From: an uncultured Candidatus Saccharibacteria bacterium
GTDB taxonomy: Bacteria > Patescibacteriota > Saccharimonadia > Saccharimonadales > JALRHH01
NCBI GenBank assembly: GCA_964639295.1
Contig: CAZXDT010000001.1
Span: forward strand, 181,068-245,067
Length of the DNA stretch: 64,000 nucleotides
Reading direction: 5' to 3'
Shown here: positions 18,156 through 26,964 of the stretch, in pieces
Numbering within the stretch: position 1 is the first letter of the stretch
Layout: each line of letters opens with the position of its first letter
Made by a program: the position numbers and the translations under genes
Notes under the pieces: model-generated
What the model saw: only the letters and a program-made list of their open reading frames with translations
Databases searched by the model: none
What the model was told of the DNA's origin: nothing

Positions 18156-19241
18156 CTAGTCGCTCAGAGTGTGCTCGAGGTAGCTATCGATGAAGTCGTT
18201 GAGTTTGCCGTCGAGGACCGCGTCAGGATCTGAGGTTTCGTGGCGAGTACGGAGGTCTTTTACCTGTTTATATGGGTGTAGTACGTAGCTGCGGATTTGG
18301 TTGCCCCACGCGGCTTGTTCATTGGGACCTTTTAGTTCGCGGATATTTTCTTGGTGTTGTTCAAGTTGCAGTTGAGCGAGCTTGGAACGCAGGATTGTCA
18401 TGGCCGTTTCTTTGTTCTGTAATTGCGAGCGTTCGTTCTGGATGGCAACTACAATATTAGTCGGGATGTGAGTAATGCGTACAGCTGAGTCGGTCGTGTT
18501 AACTGATTGGCCGCCCTTTCCACCACTGCGGTAGACATCTATTCGTAAATCTTTCTCATCTATTTCTACTGCGTCTGGCCGGTCAATCTTGGGCATGACT
18601 TCTACTTTGGCAAAGCTGGTTTGGCGTAAATTATCACTGTTGAACGGGCTTAATCGCACCAGACGGTGAACACCATGTTCGCCTTTGAGTTTGCCAAAGA
18701 TATATACCCCAGAGATTTCGAATGTCACACTCTTGATCCCTGCTTCCTCACCTGCGGATTCATCAATCATAGTTACCTTGTAATCGTTTTGCTCTGCCCA
18801 GCGCACGTACATTCGTAGTAGCATCCCCGCCCAATCTTGAGCATCAGTGCCGCCCGCCCCAGCATGAATACTGACAATCGCATCCATGTCATCATACGGG
18901 CCACTAAAACGCAGATCTGCCTTCAATCTTTTAAGATTTTGCTCTGCTTCATCGAGCTGTTTGGTAATTTCATGTTGCAGACTTTCATCGCCGAGTTCTG
19001 CGAGTTCAGATACTTCCTCTAATTTGCCTTTTAGTACCTGCCAGGGTTTGGTCATAGCTTGTAGTTTTGCTTGTTGTTTGGCCAATTCTTGGGCCTTGAG
19101 GTTGTCCTGCCAGACGTTTGAATCAGCTAATTTCCCATCAATTTCAATCAGTTGGGCCAGTTTTGTGTCCATATCCAAGGACTGCCACAATGTTGTGACA
19201 TCATTGAGCAATAAGTTTGTGCGTTTTGCAATAGTATCCAT
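18156..19241 (-). CDS. prfB: Peptide chain release factor 2 (uninterrupted ORF, no programmed frameshift)
   Basis: 361 aa. SPF tripeptide (RLSPFNS) and GGQ ([20 protein letters not shown]). Single continuous frame from MDTIAKR. Confidence 0.9.
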   Translation of the reverse strand: MDTIAKRTNLLLNDVTTLWQSLDMDTKLAQLIEIDGKLADSNVWQDNLKAQELAKQQAKLQAMTKPWQVLKGKLEEVSELAELGDESLQHEITKQLDEAEQNLKRLKADLRFSGPYDDMDAIVSIHAGAGGTDAQDWAGMLLRMYVRWAEQNDYKVTMIDESAGEEAGIKSVTFEISGVYIFGKLKGEHGVHRLVRLSPFNSDNLRQTSFAKVEVMPKIDRPDAVEIDEKDLRIDVYRSGGKGGQSVNTTDSAVRITHIPTNIVVAIQNERSQLQNKETAMTILRSKLAQLQLEQHQENIRELKGPNEQAAWGNQIRSYVLHPYKQVKDLRTRHETSDPDAVLDGKLNDFIDSYLEHTLSD

Positions 19242-19260
19242 TGCTATAATGATACCTTAT

Positions 19261-20595
19261 TTATGATTTAAGTTCGGCAAATGCCTGAGCGGATTCCTTT
19301 ATTAGACTGTGATCCCAGAGCGGTTTTACGTGCGTGTGGAGCTTATCGACGAATGCTTCGCCGGAACTACCAAGCGCACCAAGGCCCCAGATGTTCTCCG
19401 CGAACATTGCACGGGAAATATCAACAATAGCTTCTTTAGTAACGGTATCAATACGTTCAGGTATCTTGTAGTAATCCTCTATACCCTCGTCAAAGAAGTA
19501 GCGATTACTGTAGCCAGCGGCCGTGCCACCAACTGTTTGACCGCTACGCTGGTATCGACCAAGCGCATATTGTTTGGCATCGGCTACATCGCTATCATTG
19601 AGTTTAGCCTCGAAGACTGCCTCAAGCTCGCGGGTAATGATTTCAAATAATCGACCAGCGTTCTTTGGCATAATCTGTGCACCAAACCACCAGTTACTAC
19701 TATGTATCGTCTGACCATAGCCAGAACTCATGCTGTAAACTAAACCATGTTCGCGAGCAGTGCCAAGAATACGAGAGTACAGTGTTTCGGTCAGCATGGT
19801 GTTAATAAGACTCAGTGCGTCTTGCTGTGGTTCGCTCATTTTCTTATGCTTGAAACTATCGATATAGAAGTACATGTTGTCGATGCTATCATTGTGAATA
19901 TAGAGTGGTTTCTTTAGCGCAATAGGTGTTTCGTACGGCAGCTCAAGGCGTCCAGGACCCTGTTCAAGTTCAATGTCCTCAAACAGACTCTCTAAAACTT
20001 TCTGTCGTTTAGGGCTCAGGTTACCGGCAATCACAAAACGCATGTTCTGTGCCGTGTGCGTCCTGTGGTAGTGGTCGAAGATATCTTTAACACTGACATT
20101 ATCCATAAGTTGCAGGCGCGTCTGATCAGTTAGGACTTTGAACCCGTAAGCTTCACGTAGTGCAAGGCTGAGGTGGCGGAAATGGTTGTTGCTACGAGCG
20201 GTTAGCTCCTCACGCACATTGCCAAACTCAGCATTAAACTCTTCTTCAAGGAATAGTGGCTTAGTGATAGCTGTAAGGAGTAAGTCAGCGATTCTATCCC
20301 ACTCAAAATCGGCACATTCTGCCTCGTAGGTAATGTCATAACTGCCCGTACTGGCGTTACTATATGCACCATTCTTCTCAAATTCTGCCTGGAATAAACG
20401 TGCTTTTGGAATGAGTTCATTGGCTCCAAGCAACACGTGCTCCATAAGATGCGGAGTTTCCCACTTATCACGGGATACCAAATACTCACCCGCACGAAAA
20501 TTGATTTCAAAGGTCATAACTGACGCATCAGGTATATGAATAAATAGTCCTTTTGAGCCATTGCTCAGAGCGACTTCGGTAACAACATGTTTCAT
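19261..20595 (-). CDS. M16 family (pitrilysin/insulinase-like) zinc peptidase
   Basis: 444 aa. Inverted zinc motif HLMEH (HxxEH) near the N-terminus. Confidence 0.75.
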   Translation of the reverse strand: MKHVVTEVALSNGSKGLFIHIPDASVMTFEINFRAGEYLVSRDKWETPHLMEHVLLGANELIPKARLFQAEFEKNGAYSNASTGSYDITYEAECADFEWDRIADLLLTAITKPLFLEEEFNAEFGNVREELTARSNNHFRHLSLALREAYGFKVLTDQTRLQLMDNVSVKDIFDHYHRTHTAQNMRFVIAGNLSPKRQKVLESLFEDIELEQGPGRLELPYETPIALKKPLYIHNDSIDNMYFYIDSFKHKKMSEPQQDALSLINTMLTETLYSRILGTAREHGLVYSMSSGYGQTIHSSNWWFGAQIMPKNAGRLFEIITRELEAVFEAKLNDSDVADAKQYALGRYQRSGQTVGGTAAGYSNRYFFDEGIEDYYKIPERIDTVTKEAIVDISRAMFAENIWGLGALGSSGEAFVDKLHTHVKPLWDHSLIKESAQAFAELKS

Positions 20596-20628
20596 AGGCG
20601 GTGCCTCACTTCCTGATTGAGCTTAGAG

Positions 20629-23223
20629 TTACTTGCGGCGCTTCTTGGCTGCAGTTTTGCGCTTACGCTCAATCTTATGAGCTTTCTTGCGCTTTTCCGC
20701 AGTTTTCTTAATGGTCGCGGCCTCTACCTTGGCGGGCATGAAGTCGACTTCGTGGAATTCCTCACCCTCGATAATACGGTCAGCATTATCAACAGAGTTA
20801 CGGGCTGCGCGAGTTAGCTCAGTCTCAACGTGTTCGTGAAGATGCGCAGGTTCTGCGTGGAATAATGCACGCACAACATCGTGTCGCATGGTCCCCTGCA
20901 TGGTGTCAAAAATAATCTGTGACTGACGGCGATACTCTACAAGTGGGTCACGCTGACCAACACTCGCCCAAGTAATACCCTCGCGTAAGTGATGCATGTT
21001 CTCGAGGTGCTGCATCCAGAGATTATCAAGTACCTGGAGGTAAATATCACGCTCAACTTTACGCATGATTTCTGGTGTAAATGCAGCCTCACGTGCCTCG
21101 TAGAGTTCCATTGCCTCGGTTTGTAGGTCTTTGCCAAACTTACCTGCTTCAGCATCAAACAAGCGATCAAGTGTGTCGTCGTCGAATGGGAACACCTCTG
21201 TTACAAGTGTTTCTAGCTGATCGGTCATGAGTTCTGGTGATGATGCAAGAACCCTGGCTTCGTCTTCAATATACAATTTAATACGCTTTTGGATATCGGT
21301 CTGAGTAAGCACTTCGCGGCGCATGACATAGATTGCCTTACGGTGACGGTTCATAACGTCGTCGTATTTAACGACATCTTTACGGGCGTCAAAGTTGTAG
21401 CCTTCTACTTTCTTCTGTGCACCCTCTAAGCTCTTGCTAATAATGCGGTTTTCAATTGGAGTTTCGTCGTCGACACCAAGTCGATTCATGACACTACCAA
21501 TGCGATCACCACCGAAGACACGCATAAGGTCGTCTTCTGTACTGACGTAGAACTGGGTAATACCAGGGTCACCCTGACGTCCGGCACGACCACGGAACTG
21601 GTTATCGACACGTCGAGATTCGTTACGCTCTGTACCGATCACATATAGACCACCGAGTTTCTTCACATCCTCGTCTAGGACAATATCGGTACCACGACCG
21701 GCAATGTTGGTTGCAAGTGTTACAGCGCCCTTTTGTCCTGCTTTAGCGACGATAGTTGCTTCGCGTTCGTTGTTCTTAGCGTTAAGCATCTGGTGCTTAA
21801 TCTTAGCCTTGGTCAGTAAATCAGACAGGATTTCGTTCTTCTCAATTGAGTTGGTGCCAATAAGTACTGGTTGCCCCTTAGCATTGAGCGCCTTAATGTC
21901 TTTGATGATTTCCCTGAATTTGCCCATTTCCGTACGGTAAATGCGGTCAGTACGGTCATCACGAGCGTTCGGACGGTTTGGTGGAATCTGAATTACTTCT
22001 AGTTTGTAGATCTGGTGGAATTCCTCTGCCTCTGTTTCGGCAGTACCGGTCATTCCAGAGAGTTTTTCATACAAACGGAAGTAGTTCTGGAACGAAATAG
22101 TCGCCAGAGTCATGGACTCTTCTTGGACTTCTACGCCTTCTTTGGCTTCGATTGCTTGGTGAAGACCCTCGTTGTAGCGACGGCCAGGGAGCAAACGACC
22201 GGTGTGTTCGTCCACAATTACAACTTCGCCGTCTTTTGTGACAACGTAGTCTTTATCGCGCTTAAACATAGTCTGGGCCTTGAGTGCCTGTTCAAGGTGG
22301 TAGATAGTACGAATATTATCAGCAGCGTATAAGTTATCAATACCAAGGATCTTCTCAATATGAGTGATACCTTCATCGGTTAGAACAACTGATTTACGCT
22401 TTTCGTCCTTTTCGTAGTCGGTTTCTACGAGCTGACGAGTAACTTTAGCAAACTGTGCGTATGCATTACCGCTCGTAACAGATGGTGCAGAAATAATCAG
22501 TGGCGTACGGGCTTCGTCAATAAGAATGGAGTCAACCTCATCCACGATAGCGTAGTGGAGTTCACGTTGACGTAGCTGTTCAACTTCGCGAACCATGTTG
22601 TCTCGGAGGTAGTCAAAGCCGAATTCGTTGTTTGTTCCATAGGTAATGTCAGCAGCATATGCTTCTTGGCGAGTCGCCGGACGTAGCTTACGCATTCGAG
22701 GGTCGTCATGCTCTTTATTCTCGTAAGTCGCATCATATACAAATGATTGGTCAGTAATGATCACGCCGACACTCAAGCCGAGGAAGTCGTGCACCTGGCC
22801 CATCCAGCCGGCATCACGTTGTGCGAGATATTCGTTTACGGTAACAACATGCACACCCTTACCCGTAAGGGCATTGAGGTATGTTGGCAATACTGCTACC
22901 TGTGTCTTACCTTCACCGGTCTTCATTTCTGCGACAGTGCCTTCGTGTAGTGCCATACCACCGATCAACTGCACGTCGTAGTGACGCTGACCAATAACAC
23001 GATTGGTTGCTTCACGAGCAATTGCAAACGCATCAGGAAGAATCTTATCGAGCGATTCCTTTCCGAGACGTTTCTTTAGCTCATCGGTCTGAGCCTTGAG
23101 CTTACTATCAGATAGCTTCTTATATTTGTCCTCAAGCGCGTTAATATCTTTAACACGTTTTTTAAGACGCTTGAGCGTCTTTACTTGTGGATCACCGAGA
23201 ACACGTTTAATAACTTTCTTCAT
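20629..23223 (-). CDS. secA: Preprotein translocase ATPase SecA
   Basis: 864 aa. MKTGEGKT Walker A, DEVDSILIDEARTPLIIS, TNIAGRGTDI. The C-terminus is a Lys/Arg-rich tail with no Cys/His zinc motif. Confidence 0.95.
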   Translation of the reverse strand: MKKVIKRVLGDPQVKTLKRLKKRVKDINALEDKYKKLSDSKLKAQTDELKKRLGKESLDKILPDAFAIAREATNRVIGQRHYDVQLIGGMALHEGTVAEMKTGEGKTQVAVLPTYLNALTGKGVHVVTVNEYLAQRDAGWMGQVHDFLGLSVGVIITDQSFVYDATYENKEHDDPRMRKLRPATRQEAYAADITYGTNNEFGFDYLRDNMVREVEQLRQRELHYAIVDEVDSILIDEARTPLIISAPSVTSGNAYAQFAKVTRQLVETDYEKDEKRKSVVLTDEGITHIEKILGIDNLYAADNIRTIYHLEQALKAQTMFKRDKDYVVTKDGEVVIVDEHTGRLLPGRRYNEGLHQAIEAKEGVEVQEESMTLATISFQNYFRLYEKLSGMTGTAETEAEEFHQIYKLEVIQIPPNRPNARDDRTDRIYRTEMGKFREIIKDIKALNAKGQPVLIGTNSIEKNEILSDLLTKAKIKHQMLNAKNNEREATIVAKAGQKGAVTLATNIAGRGTDIVLDEDVKKLGGLYVIGTERNESRRVDNQFRGRAGRQGDPGITQFYVSTEDDLMRVFGGDRIGSVMNRLGVDDETPIENRIISKSLEGAQKKVEGYNFDARKDVVKYDDVMNRHRKAIYVMRREVLTQTDIQKRIKLYIEDEARVLASSPELMTDQLETLVTEVFPFDDDTLDRLFDAEAGKFGKDLQTEAMELYEAREAAFTPEIMRKVERDIYLQVLDNLWMQHLENMHHLREGITWASVGQRDPLVEYRRQSQIIFDTMQGTMRHDVVRALFHAEPAHLHEHVETELTRAARNSVDNADRIIEGEEFHEVDFMPAKVEAATIKKTAEKRKKAHKIERKRKTAAKKRRK

Positions 23224-23332
23224 GTAGTACCCCTCTCTGAAAAGTCAGTCAACAAGACAATAGTCAATACATCTATTGTACCTCAGTAGGCACGGGAGTA
23301 CTAGAAGTTATGTAGTAGTATTCGCCACAATC

Positions 23333-23360
23333 AAAAACTCCCGCACCTTGCGAGAGTTTT
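23333..23360 (-). terminator. Intrinsic terminator after the 181-aa gene
   Basis: AAAACTCCCGC-acctt-GCGAGAGTTTT (one mismatch). T-run follows on the minus strand. Confidence 0.65.
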
Positions 23361-23385
23361 ATTTCTAAACGGGTGCCTAATGTAC

Positions 23386-23931
23386 TTACCTTTTTAGGTT
23401 CGGTAGGATTGACTCAACTTCTGCCTTACGGGCTTGTCGAGCAGGCTCTTCAGCGTACATAGTTTCGAGTTTTTTATCAATTTCGGCAACTCTTTCAGAT
23501 GCGGCATCGCTCGCAAGCTTGACCATGTCTATACCAACTTCTCCAACTTTTGCGGTGTGAGGCTTAAGTCCCATTTTCTTTACAGCATCATACGCAAGTT
23601 CACTGGCAACCTCAGCATTCTGACCTTCAATAGAGTTATCGGAATACTTCTGTCCATCTTTATCCCAGTATTGAGTGCTGAAAGCGTTTTGTACAGTTTC
23701 CACAGCTGTAGGATATCCCATTGGACGCTTGCCCAGGCTACCGGCAGTATGTTCCTTGTGCTGATCCACGTAGACATCCCCAACGAGCGCTAGGCCACCG
23801 ATTGTTCGTGCTCGCTCATTTTCTAGCGGGTTTGCTTCTATCGCCGTTTCATGTGCTTCGTTAACATCATGCATACGCATGTCTGGCGTTTGCTCTGCTG
23901 AGTCTTGCTGTAATTGTAGTGTTTCGCTCAT
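23386..23931 (-). CDS. Hypothetical acidic protein
   Basis: 181-aa ORF with its own promoter and terminator. No recognised family. Confidence 0.5.
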   Translation of the reverse strand: MSETLQLQQDSAEQTPDMRMHDVNEAHETAIEANPLENERARTIGGLALVGDVYVDQHKEHTAGSLGKRPMGYPTAVETVQNAFSTQYWDKDGQKYSDNSIEGQNAEVASELAYDAVKKMGLKPHTAKVGEVGIDMVKLASDAASERVAEIDKKLETMYAEEPARQARKAEVESILPNLKR

Positions 23932-23983
23932 TTTGATTTTACCTTTTGGGTTCTAGTTTTTGTTTTTTTTCTAGATTAAATAA

Positions 23984-24012
23984 ATGATATCACACTTATG
24001 CTTTTATGTCAA
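23984..24012 (-). promoter_or_regulatory. Sigma70-type promoter of the 181-aa gene
   Basis: Minus strand TTGACA-N17-TATCAT. The leader contains the AAAAAAAACAAAAACT element. Confidence 0.45.
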
Positions 24013-24034
24013 TAAAATTAACTTCTACTCATTT

Positions 24035-24056
24035 AAAAAACCGCCTTTCGGCGGTT
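24035..24056 (-). terminator. Intrinsic terminator after hpf
   Basis: AACCGCC-tttc-GGCGGTT, followed on the minus strand by TTTTTT. Confidence 0.75.
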
Positions 24057-24062
24057 CTACTG

Positions 24063-24425
24063 TTATACTTCGCTGCGACGAAGTCTGAGCAGTACTTTTC
24101 TATGGATGCGATGGGCGTTATGTGTGTCTTTGTACTTTTTCAGCTGATTTTTGAGTTTGGCTTCAACGATATCAACAGCGGCAAACATATTAATTGTTGA
24201 TTCTTTAGTCATAAGTTTGGTGCCAGGAAGGTGTAATACGACTTCACACATACACTCTTTCTTGGTCTTGATCATAATTTCTTTTACAAAGATCTCTGCG
24301 TGGGCAGATTCCCGTGCGTGTCGCGGCATATAGCGGTCAAGTTTGCCAATTTTCTTGGTAATGTACTTCTTTAAATCTTCAGTTAATACAGTGTGGACAC
24401 CATTGATCTCTAATTTTTGGATCAT
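24063..24425 (-). CDS. hpf: Ribosome hibernation promoting factor (short HPF/YfiA type)
   Basis: MIQKLEINGVHTVLTEDLKKYITKKIGKLDRY...FAAVDIVEAKLKNQLKKYKD. Start at the third codon of the track ORF, given GAAGGGA RBS spacing. Confidence 0.8.
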   Translation of the reverse strand: MIQKLEINGVHTVLTEDLKKYITKKIGKLDRYMPRHARESAHAEIFVKEIMIKTKKECMCEVVLHLPGTKLMTKESTINMFAAVDIVEAKLKNQLKKYKDTHNAHRIHRKVLLRLRRSEV

Positions 24426-24531
24426 ATACATTCCCTTCTGTTACTGTTTGAAAGTACGAGAGAGTCATTTATTAACTCGTACTTACAGTATACGCCTAGT
24501 TTTCTGTGACAACTGTGAAATCAATCACAGA

Positions 24532-25776
24532 CTAAATTGCTGTTTTGCCAGCCATGAACGGCTGCAATACTGCCGGAATAGCAATCTTGCCATCCTCAGT
24601 CTGATGGTGCTCGAGCACTGCAATGAGTGAACGTGCTAGTGATACGGCAGTGCCGTTGAGTGTATGAAGCACTTCAACGCTACCGTCTTTGCGACGAACA
24701 CGGATATTCAAATTACGAGCTTGGAAGTCGGTGCAATTAGAGCAACTGGTCAGTTCACGGTACTTGCCGTCAACCTGTGACCAATATTCAAGATCGTATT
24801 TCTTGGCAGCTGGAGCGCCAAGATCACCTGATGCAATGTTAATTACATGGTAAGGAATATTAAGTGACTGCCAGAGTTCTTCTTCAATCACTAAGATTCT
24901 CTCGTGCATTTCCTGACTCTGTTCTGGCGTAACAAAAGCGTACATTTCTAGCTTATTGAACTGGTGGACCCTGAACAACCCACGGGCATGTTTGCCATAA
25001 GTACCTGCTTCTTTGCGGTAGCAAGGACTTAGTCCGGCATATAGTAGTGGAAGTTTGTCTTCGTCAATAATTTCATCTGCATGGTAACCAGTAAGTGGCA
25101 TCTCTGCTGTTGCAATAAGTGATAGGTCCTCACCCTCTACAAAGTATTCATCGCCTTGGTCACTCGTTCGCGGGGCAAAGCCTGTGCCAGTTGCAACGCG
25201 GCTATTTACCATGTGTGGCACTGTCATATAGGTGAAGCCTTTTTTAGTAATAAAATCGAGTGCGTACTGGGTAATAGCGTTTTCAAGCAATGCTAAATCA
25301 CCTTTTAAGAAGTAGAATTTAGCGCCTGCAACCTTGGCACCACGTTCAAAGTCTATCCAGTCACGTTCGATTGCTAGGTCTAAGTGGTCTTTTGCCCCTG
25401 TTGTTTGCTCGCCCCACTGTTTAATCTCTACGCTGTCTTCTTCGCCGCCAACTGGCACATCATCAAATGTGAGGTTAGGAACGCGGTTAAGCAGCGTATT
25501 AAACTCTTGCTCAATAGCGTTCAGCTGGTGTTCAAGTATACCTAACTTATCTTTGACTTCACGTCCTTTGGCAATTTGCTCGTCACTGGGCTTCTGGCCC
25601 TGCATACTTGCTGCAATTTCATTGCGCTCGCGACGTAGTTCTTCTACCTGCCCCTGTAATACACGACGTTCACCGTCAAACCCAAGAAGTTGGGTGATAT
25701 CGACATCATAGCCTTTTTGTTTGCTCTTCTCTGCAACCATCTCAGGGTTGTCCCGAATTATCTGAATATCAATCAT
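24532..25776 (-). CDS. serS: Seryl-tRNA synthetase
   Basis: 414 aa. N-terminal coiled-coil arm and class II core (FRVHQFNKLE, TLNGTAVSLARSLIAVLE). Confidence 0.95.
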   Translation of the reverse strand: MIDIQIIRDNPEMVAEKSKQKGYDVDITQLLGFDGERRVLQGQVEELRRERNEIAASMQGQKPSDEQIAKGREVKDKLGILEHQLNAIEQEFNTLLNRVPNLTFDDVPVGGEEDSVEIKQWGEQTTGAKDHLDLAIERDWIDFERGAKVAGAKFYFLKGDLALLENAITQYALDFITKKGFTYMTVPHMVNSRVATGTGFAPRTSDQGDEYFVEGEDLSLIATAEMPLTGYHADEIIDEDKLPLLYAGLSPCYRKEAGTYGKHARGLFRVHQFNKLEMYAFVTPEQSQEMHERILVIEEELWQSLNIPYHVINIASGDLGAPAAKKYDLEYWSQVDGKYRELTSCSNCTDFQARNLNIRVRRKDGSVEVLHTLNGTAVSLARSLIAVLEHHQTEDGKIAIPAVLQPFMAGKTAI

Positions 25777-25817
25777 GCAGATAGTATACCGTAATCCGTT
25801 ACTAAACTGGACTTTAC

Positions 25818-25846
25818 TAGACAGTTTTCGCTTAGAGGCTTATTAT
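25818..25846 (+). promoter_or_regulatory. Putative promoter of the Nudix gene
   Basis: TAGACA-N17-TATTAT, then 9 nt to ATG 25856. Confidence 0.4.
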
Positions 25847-25855
25847 TTGGCCATT

Positions 25856-26566
25856 ATGAGTCACGAGGTAAAGCTTCACACCGTTCAAACCAGCATCTTG
25901 CGGGCACTCCTCTTTGAGCCGACTGCAACGTATACAAACTTGCAACAATTAACTGATCTCAGTAGCGACCATTTTAACTTCCACATTACACGGCTCGTAG
26001 AGCTTAATTTGATAGAAAAAGTACAGCGTGGAACATATCGGTTAACTACAGCCGGCAAAGAATACGCAAACCGGCTGGACACTGACAATAACACCGTAGA
26101 ACGACAGCCAAAGTCAGCTGTCATATTTGGTCTGAGTCGTGAAAAAGATGGAAAAATCGAGTATTTATTCCAGGAACGACGTAAGAATCCTTACTTTGGA
26201 TTCTGGGGTCTTCCGAGTGGAAAGATCCGCTGGGGCGAAACAATTACTGAAACTGCACGCCGTGAATCCCTGGAAGAAACTGGCCTAGACGCCGATTTTG
26301 AGATCGCTAGTGTTTATCACGAAGCAGTTAAAGATTCTAAAACCGGTGGAATCATCGAAGACAAGATATTCTTCATTGTCAGGGGTACAAATGCTCGAGG
26401 AACACTTATTGAAGACTTTGAGGGCGGCCATAACAAATGGCGAACGGTTGAATCCGTTTTATCCGAATCTAAAAAATACGCCACACTTAAATCTGAAATT
26501 GACTTCCTGACAACTGACAAATGGTTCAATGAACAGACAGTCACCTACTCCGATCAGGAGTTCTAA
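25856..26566 (+). CDS. Winged-helix (MarR/ArsR-like) domain fused to a Nudix hydrolase
   Basis: Start at MSHEVKL. N-terminal HTH-like region (ILRALLFEP...NLIEKVQRGTYRLT). Nudix box GKIRWGETITETARRESLEETGL. Confidence 0.75.
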   Translation: MSHEVKLHTVQTSILRALLFEPTATYTNLQQLTDLSSDHFNFHITRLVELNLIEKVQRGTYRLTTAGKEYANRLDTDNNTVERQPKSAVIFGLSREKDGKIEYLFQERRKNPYFGFWGLPSGKIRWGETITETARRESLEETGLDADFEIASVYHEAVKDSKTGGIIEDKIFFIVRGTNARGTLIEDFEGGHNKWRTVESVLSESKKYATLKSEIDFLTTDKWFNEQTVTYSDQEF

Positions 26567-26964
26567 TGAGCAGGCCAAAGGTAGTGATTTGCGGCAGTTT
26601 CCGTAAAGATCCTGCTGGATTGGCACGACTGTTTCGTGAGTTAGAAACAAACGGCTGCCGTGTATTATCACCACTCACACTCGATTTTACGGATACCGAA
26701 TCCGAATTTGTAACTGCAAACCATGATGAGTCATTTTCGACTAGAGAGCTCGAGAGGTTTCACTTACGCGCAATACGCGAAGCTGATTTTGTAATACTCC
26801 ACGCACCCGAAGGCTACGTCGGAACGAGTACTAGTTTTGAACTAGGCTATTCAACAGCACTCAATATCCCTATTTTTAGTAAGACCAAAGTCACTGACCA
26901 GATGCTACGAACACAAATCAAAACAAATGGATCGGTTTTTGAAATTCTCGATTCTATTTCTTAG
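26566..26964 (+). CDS. SLOG / nucleoside 2-deoxyribosyltransferase-superfamily protein (DNPH1/Rcl- or LOG-like nucleotide N-glycosidase)
   Basis: 132 aa. VVICGSFRKD (compare DNPH1 YFCGSIRGG phosphate loop) and EADFVILHAPEGYVGTSTSFELGYSTALNIPIF (compare ADVVVAEV...GVGYELG...PIL). TAATG overlap with the Nudix gene. Confidence 0.55.
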   Translation: MSRPKVVICGSFRKDPAGLARLFRELETNGCRVLSPLTLDFTDTESEFVTANHDESFSTRELERFHLRAIREADFVILHAPEGYVGTSTSFELGYSTALNIPIFSKTKVTDQMLRTQIKTNGSVFEILDSIS

